DNA from: Paramecium tetraurelia
Lineage: Eukaryota
DNA: 64,000 nt
Reading direction: 5' to 3'
NCBI GenBank assembly: GCA_000165425.1
Contig: CT868649.1
Location: 496,001 to 560,000, forward strand
The stretch's first letter is position 1. The number at the start of each line of letters is the position of its first letter. This document shows, piece by piece, positions 58,485-64,000 of this stretch. The translations under genes and the position numbers were made by a program. The notes under the pieces were generated by a model. That model was given only the letters and a program-made list of their open reading frames with translations, was not told the DNA's origin and did no database searches.

Positions 58485-61400
58485 TCATTATTTCTTATTA
58501 AAATTATTCATCTTATCTTACATGAACTTTTTAATGACTTAATCTATTTTTTCATCTAATTTCTTCTCCACAGTTTTTACGGTGTCTACATAGATACCTG
58601 TTTTTTAATTATCTGGTCTGGCATCTACGAACTTTCCTTATTGAGCTGCCATTCCTTCAACCCATTTAGATTGAATATCATCTTTGATGTAATCTTTTAG
58701 ATAAGGAATTTTAGTATCATTCTCTTGTATTTTTAAAATTAACTCATCTCTTCTCTTCTTTTCTAACTCTTACATTCTTTCATCTATTGTTTCTTAATCC
58801 AGTTTTCCCCATTCATTTTTATTATTTCCTTATTCTAATGGTTAGAAATATCTTTTAGATTCAATGAATTCCTTCTACTAATTGTTATCCTATTTGAACC
58901 CAAAGTACTTAGTTATTTGATCCTAAATCTCTGCCTCTCTTTCCTCACTATCATAATGAGTTAAATTATTTTGCATATAATGACTATAATATTCTAAATT
59001 AAATTTTAATTCCTTGATTTTCACTTAGTTTGATTTCAACTCTGCTTGTTCACTATCAAAATAGAACTCTTTTTGGAATTCATCGCTGGATATATATACT
59101 AGAATTGTTTTGATACAAAATTCGTATTACCTTTACTCATTCTTTAACTATTCAATTTCTGAATATCTCATAGTATTATCTTGTTTTTGAGTGTCCAAAT
59201 GACCTTCAGTTTAGCTAAAATATTATTCCATCTTCAATGACTTTTTGCTTAAAGCAGCCATTCTTTCCTTAACCTATCTATGAAGATTAATGTACTTATC
59301 CATTTCATCTAAACACTTCAAATATAGAAACATGTATAATAAATCTGGCATTTATTTTTTCTTATTGTATTATTACTCTTTATAAATTTGTTACATCTAC
59401 TAAACCATATTCTCATTGATAAAATACGAATCTTTAAATCCTTTAATAATCTAATCGATTGTTTCCTATTTATCTATTTAAAAGTTATTTTTGAACCAAT
59501 CAAAATAATCCATTTTAGACATCTCTGACAATTGGGTCTTGATCTTATCAGTTTTGCTTGTGAACTCCATCTTTTTTGATTTACTCATTTTGAAATGAAT
59601 ATCCTCCTATAAAATTTGTAAATCAATAAACTTATCATAAAACTTCAATTATTTAAGTTCAACAAGCAGTAAATATAACACATTTGCAGCCAACTCATAT
59701 TATGAACCAACAATTGGTAAACAATGTGAAAGAACATAATTACAATAAGGTGTAATCAATGATTAACCTTCTTCTTTTTTTCTCTTTTATTCGTTAGCTT
59801 CATGATTCCAATCAAAAAATGTAGTTTAATTATCGAATTGTTGAGTTTTGATTTGTTCTCTTTCATTTTATATTCTAATCTATTGTAATTAAAGATTATG
59901 AGGTATAATTTTAAATTCATTCATATTAACTTTTAACAATTCACAACATTGGTCGTTTGGCAATATGGAATTAAAAAATCTAGTCAATCTTCTCTCTACA
60001 TTGGTTTTGCTGACATCCTTTTTCTAATCTATTTAAGAAAATAATTAGGATTAACCAAATTCGAAGTTTGAAGATTGCATTTAATTCAATTCCTCATGAA
60101 AATTAGCATCACTTTCCAATTTCTCTGAAATGTATGTATTGATATTCTCAAATACCTGCTTATAATGTTTTTTATAGACATAACTAATATGCTCATATTC
60201 AGGAGTCTTAATTTTATATTTACATTCATAACCATTTTCTTTCCTAATAATTTCTCCAAACCCATTTGGAAATTCATCATCACTATTAATTAACTCCAAC
60301 TCCTTAGTAAATTTTGCTAATTTGATTCCCCAAAAATAAGCAATCATTTTAGATCTTTTATCCATATACTAACTAACTCTCGACATTTAATCTTCAAAAG
60401 TCTTCACAACCTTCTTTTATATCTCCTTCTCTGTCTTACTAAACTTTTGTTCCACATGTTTTAACTTCTCTGACTTAAGAGCTTCAAAAACACTGTATCC
60501 AAAGTCAAACACCTATCTATAGATTTCCAATAGGAAGTTTCTGCCTGGATATTCTTGACAATCAAATACTTAATCAATTTCACCACATTCGATTCTCTCA
60601 GGAAATAACATTCTGTATTGATACACAACTGGTGCTCTTTATGGAAACAAAGAATTTATTTTCATGTAATACCACGATTGTAATTCATAATCCTACTAAA
60701 GTTCAAAAGCTTTTGTATATTTAATTTGATCATGCATAGATCTGATACGTATTTCGAAATCTCCATGCGAAACACTTGAAACTTTAAAATTAGTATGTCT
60801 GATTGTGGATTCTTAAACTAGCTTTTCACATTCGTTGTCCATATTCACTCCAACACTATAGGCTAATATGTATTTCAATAAATATAATTATTATTCATTC
60901 ATGCTATCTTGCTCAAATGTTTAAGCATCAAATTTATAGAATCCATTATTGAATTGAGCAGATATAAATCTGATAATCTCATAGTTCAAACAAGGAATCA
61001 AGTATGGTTTTATTTCATGAATAAGCTATGGTTTTGTATAGGTAGGAACTTAAAAATTAAACCCTGTCAAAAAGTTCTTCATTTCTTTCATTCCTGCCTA
61101 TTTCATTAGACTTAACATATATAGTGGAGCCTATTTATATTCTACCACGTAATTTTATAGATCCTGCTTATTCAATTTGTAGGGACTTATCAAATTAATA
61201 AGTTTGGCTAATTCCTCATCTGATAAAGTAAGTTATTTGCAATCAAAAATAGCGAACTTCATTCTAGACACAAGTTGTTTTATATCGTCAATAACACTAT
61301 CTTTTGCAGTCTAAAGCACTGGTTTTAATATCAAATAGATATGTTCTAGGGTTATTAGATACTAAGATACCTATTTGAGTGCATTCAGGAATAAACAATG

Positions 61401-63681
61401 AAGCCAATTATTCAGTTATTATTTCATCACTACTAGTAAAAAGATAATAATTGTAATCTATTTTAATAGAACTTTTTTATACTTTCTTTAGGTAAATCCC
61501 TGATCAATTACAATTTTACTTATTGTGATATTCCAGTTTAATCAGCTTAATTTGGAACTAAAAATACATGATCGTCCTCATTAACAAATATATTTTTATT
61601 CATTTTTGTTGTATTCTCTTAGAGAACTAATTCTTCTAAATTAAAAAGATCTTTTATTGATAAAAATATATTCTAAGATGTAAACTATTCAAAGAAGTTA
61701 TGGAAATTCATTGGTAATTTCTCTACAAATTATCCCGTTTTTGCTTAATGTTATATTTATAATTCTTATAGCTTTTTAGATTATCTAACCTTTAAACCAG
61801 TCTTACTTCCATCTGATATGATCTTAGCTCCCTAATATGCTCCTGGTCTAGCATATAGCACTACTTAGGAATAACCTTCAGTCATCATTGTTAAATAATT
61901 ATTCAGATTTTGTGGATGAATCTTCTCAATTTATGCTAACATCCTGGCCTCCTATAATGATAATCTCACAAAATCAGAGTCAATCTCAATGAAATCATTT
62001 AATTTCCAAACATTATTCAATAAACCTGACAAATTACTTTTAATTACTATAGGTCTATATATGATCAATATTCTTTGATTATAAAATATCTCTGGACATA
62101 GTCTATCACATAAAGTTTAATTTTAAGTTGGCTGTGATATTTTGTAATAATTGGGCAAATTTTAAGACATAATATTCAATTGTTAAGTACCTATTTTATA
62201 TCCAATTTTAATATTCACACCACTTCCATCAAATTATATGCTTTTCAAAAATCTCTCTTAATTTGGTATGAATTTAAATGCTTCATTCAAAGTTCTTTAT
62301 AATACTTAACCAAAATCTTATTTAAAAATGCTGATATTATTAAAGTCCAACATATCCATAAATGTATCATTCATTTTTCGTTTGTCATTGTGTATTTCAT
62401 CTACTTATTATGTCAATAGGAATGAAACAACACTCAGTTTATAAAATTATGGAAAAAATAACAAAGTATCTCTAATAGCCTTATTCTTAGTTGAAGAGGA
62501 GTAATAATATATCATATCTTAGGATCTCTGTGATAATTTTGATTGAAATTCCTAAAATTACTATTACTATTGTTGCGTATAAAATAGATCTTAAGTAGAA
62601 TTAGTTTTTATTCTATCAGAAGGTTGAAAGGATGAATCAGAGTATTTAATTTCTTCAAGTAGATACTTCTAATAATCAGTATGTAAATACTATAACTAAG
62701 ATTTAGCTGCATATAAAAACTTCTTATAATCAACCTATAGCTGTAACTAATTACCAGATATTAAAAAAATAAATGCTATTTTATTTCTTTAATAAGCCAA
62801 ACCCAATTTTTAATTTACTTTATCTAATCTTTTGAGATAAAATTCTAAAATTTTAATGTCGTCTGGGTTCTATAAGCAATCTTATAATGCAAATTTATCT
62901 GCAACCCCAAATTTAGCAATCATTTCTAAGAATGTTCCAAAAAATTGAAAATATTATTGGAACTCTTATGCTTTTATATTCGACTTTTTGCTGTATAGTG
63001 ATTTTTCTAGCCATATTTTTTATAAGGAGGCAATATCCATTTCATAAAATGAAAGCGCATTAAATCCTGCTTCATTCAAAGATGTAATATAACCCTCGAT
63101 ATCAATTTTGAAGTCCTTTGCAGTGTTTGCATCTACAAAAAAGATAGAAACACAGGCTTTGAATTATAAATGCGATTCATTAATATATCTACGGTTCACT
63201 TATGAGCAAATACTATTTGAAAAATTATAATCAGATTATAAAATGACATGACTATTCATGGGACATCCACAATTCAAACAAGAGAAAAGTTCAATCCCCC
63301 TAAAAGTTTCAATATTAAAGCATGCTCTATAAAAGGGACACTTAGTGTCTTTTTAAGAACATATTCTGCAAGGCCCTCTTTCAACTTGAAAGAGATTCAA
63401 ATAATTTTTTTTTTTGTATCGATCTCTATTCTATTCATTATCTATCCCATAATTCTCAGACATATCGGTATGATGTAAATCTCTATTTTAGGCTAACTTC
63501 ATGAGTTTGCTTCCTAGTTGTCCTCCTCCTTCTTTTGCAGCTTTCACTAAAATAAAATGATAGAATTACACTCTTCATCAGAAGGAAATTGTAATTCGAG
63601 TAAATGATCCTTAAAACATTTGAGAAAAGTTTCATGTTATTATCTCCTTTTAAGTAAATCAACTTAAATATCTGAAGACAT
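58485..63681 (-). CDS. Giant protein (about 1,700 aa) with an N-terminal Cys-rich motif and degenerate NDK-like domains
   Basis: CRICSQKDTKCPFY..CLNCGCPMNSH; LIIYRPIVIKS..VRLSLQEAR..MMTEGYSQVVLYARPGAY; EHIYLILKP..LTLSDEE. Confidence 0.7.
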
Positions 63682-63697
63682 TTAATTTAAATTAATT

Positions 63698-64000
63698 ATG
63701 GACTTAATTGATACTAAAGTAATTGAGTTGAGTTCTAAAACAGGCATTCCAGATGATTAATTAAAAATTTTCATTTCCTTGATCCTTTGCACATTATTTG
63801 GATTCATTTTTAAATTATCCATCAGAGGTAATAAATTGAATAGATGATATAGGAAGGTAAGCTAGATTGATTGCAGGTTCAGTATTTGGTGTCTTAATCA
63901 CCTACTATATTTATAGAAGTTAAATCATCAATGTGTTATTTTAGACAGTTGTGGTTTACATATTGGTTAAGGTTTTGGGAAAGAAAAGTCCTTGGCCTGT
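63698..64000 (+). CDS. MBOAT-family lysophospholipid acyltransferase, 5' part
   Basis: MDLIDTKVIELSSKTGIPDDQLKIFISLILCTLFG followed by hydrophobic helices, typical of Ale1/LPCAT N-termini; truncated by the window end. Confidence 0.7.

Overview
AT-rich, gene-dense ciliate DNA, most likely Paramecium macronuclear sequence. TAA/TAG read as Gln, TGA is the only stop, and introns are 21-30 nt GTA...TAG/AAG, so the supplied standard-code ORF track is fragmented. Re-reading by hand in translation table 6 gives about 32 protein genes: CHD3/Mi-2-like remodeler, Aurora, CaMKK-like, ULK-like and NEK10 kinases, CDPK, PKA regulatory subunit, cyclin, DUSP, glycogen phosphorylase, SAM synthetase, selenoprotein thioredoxin reductase, an MBOAT acyltransferase and several coiled-coil or membrane proteins. 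Highlights: (1) thioredoxin reductase ends TGC-TGA-GGT-TGA, so one UGA must be Sec and a UGA two codons later must be stop; a perfect GC-rich hairpin follows immediately, then a SECIS with a competing alternative fold. (2) Two tandem box C/D snoRNAs with guides to conserved LSU rRNA sites. (3) SAM synthetase needs a +1 frameshift and has a possible 5'UTR intron that splits an upstream AUG. (4) A TALE homeobox gene has a single in-frame TGA. (5) Unusual architectures (MORN + C48 protease, multi-NDK-like giant protein) and several apparent pseudo-enzymes. All calls are manual; no database searches were run.
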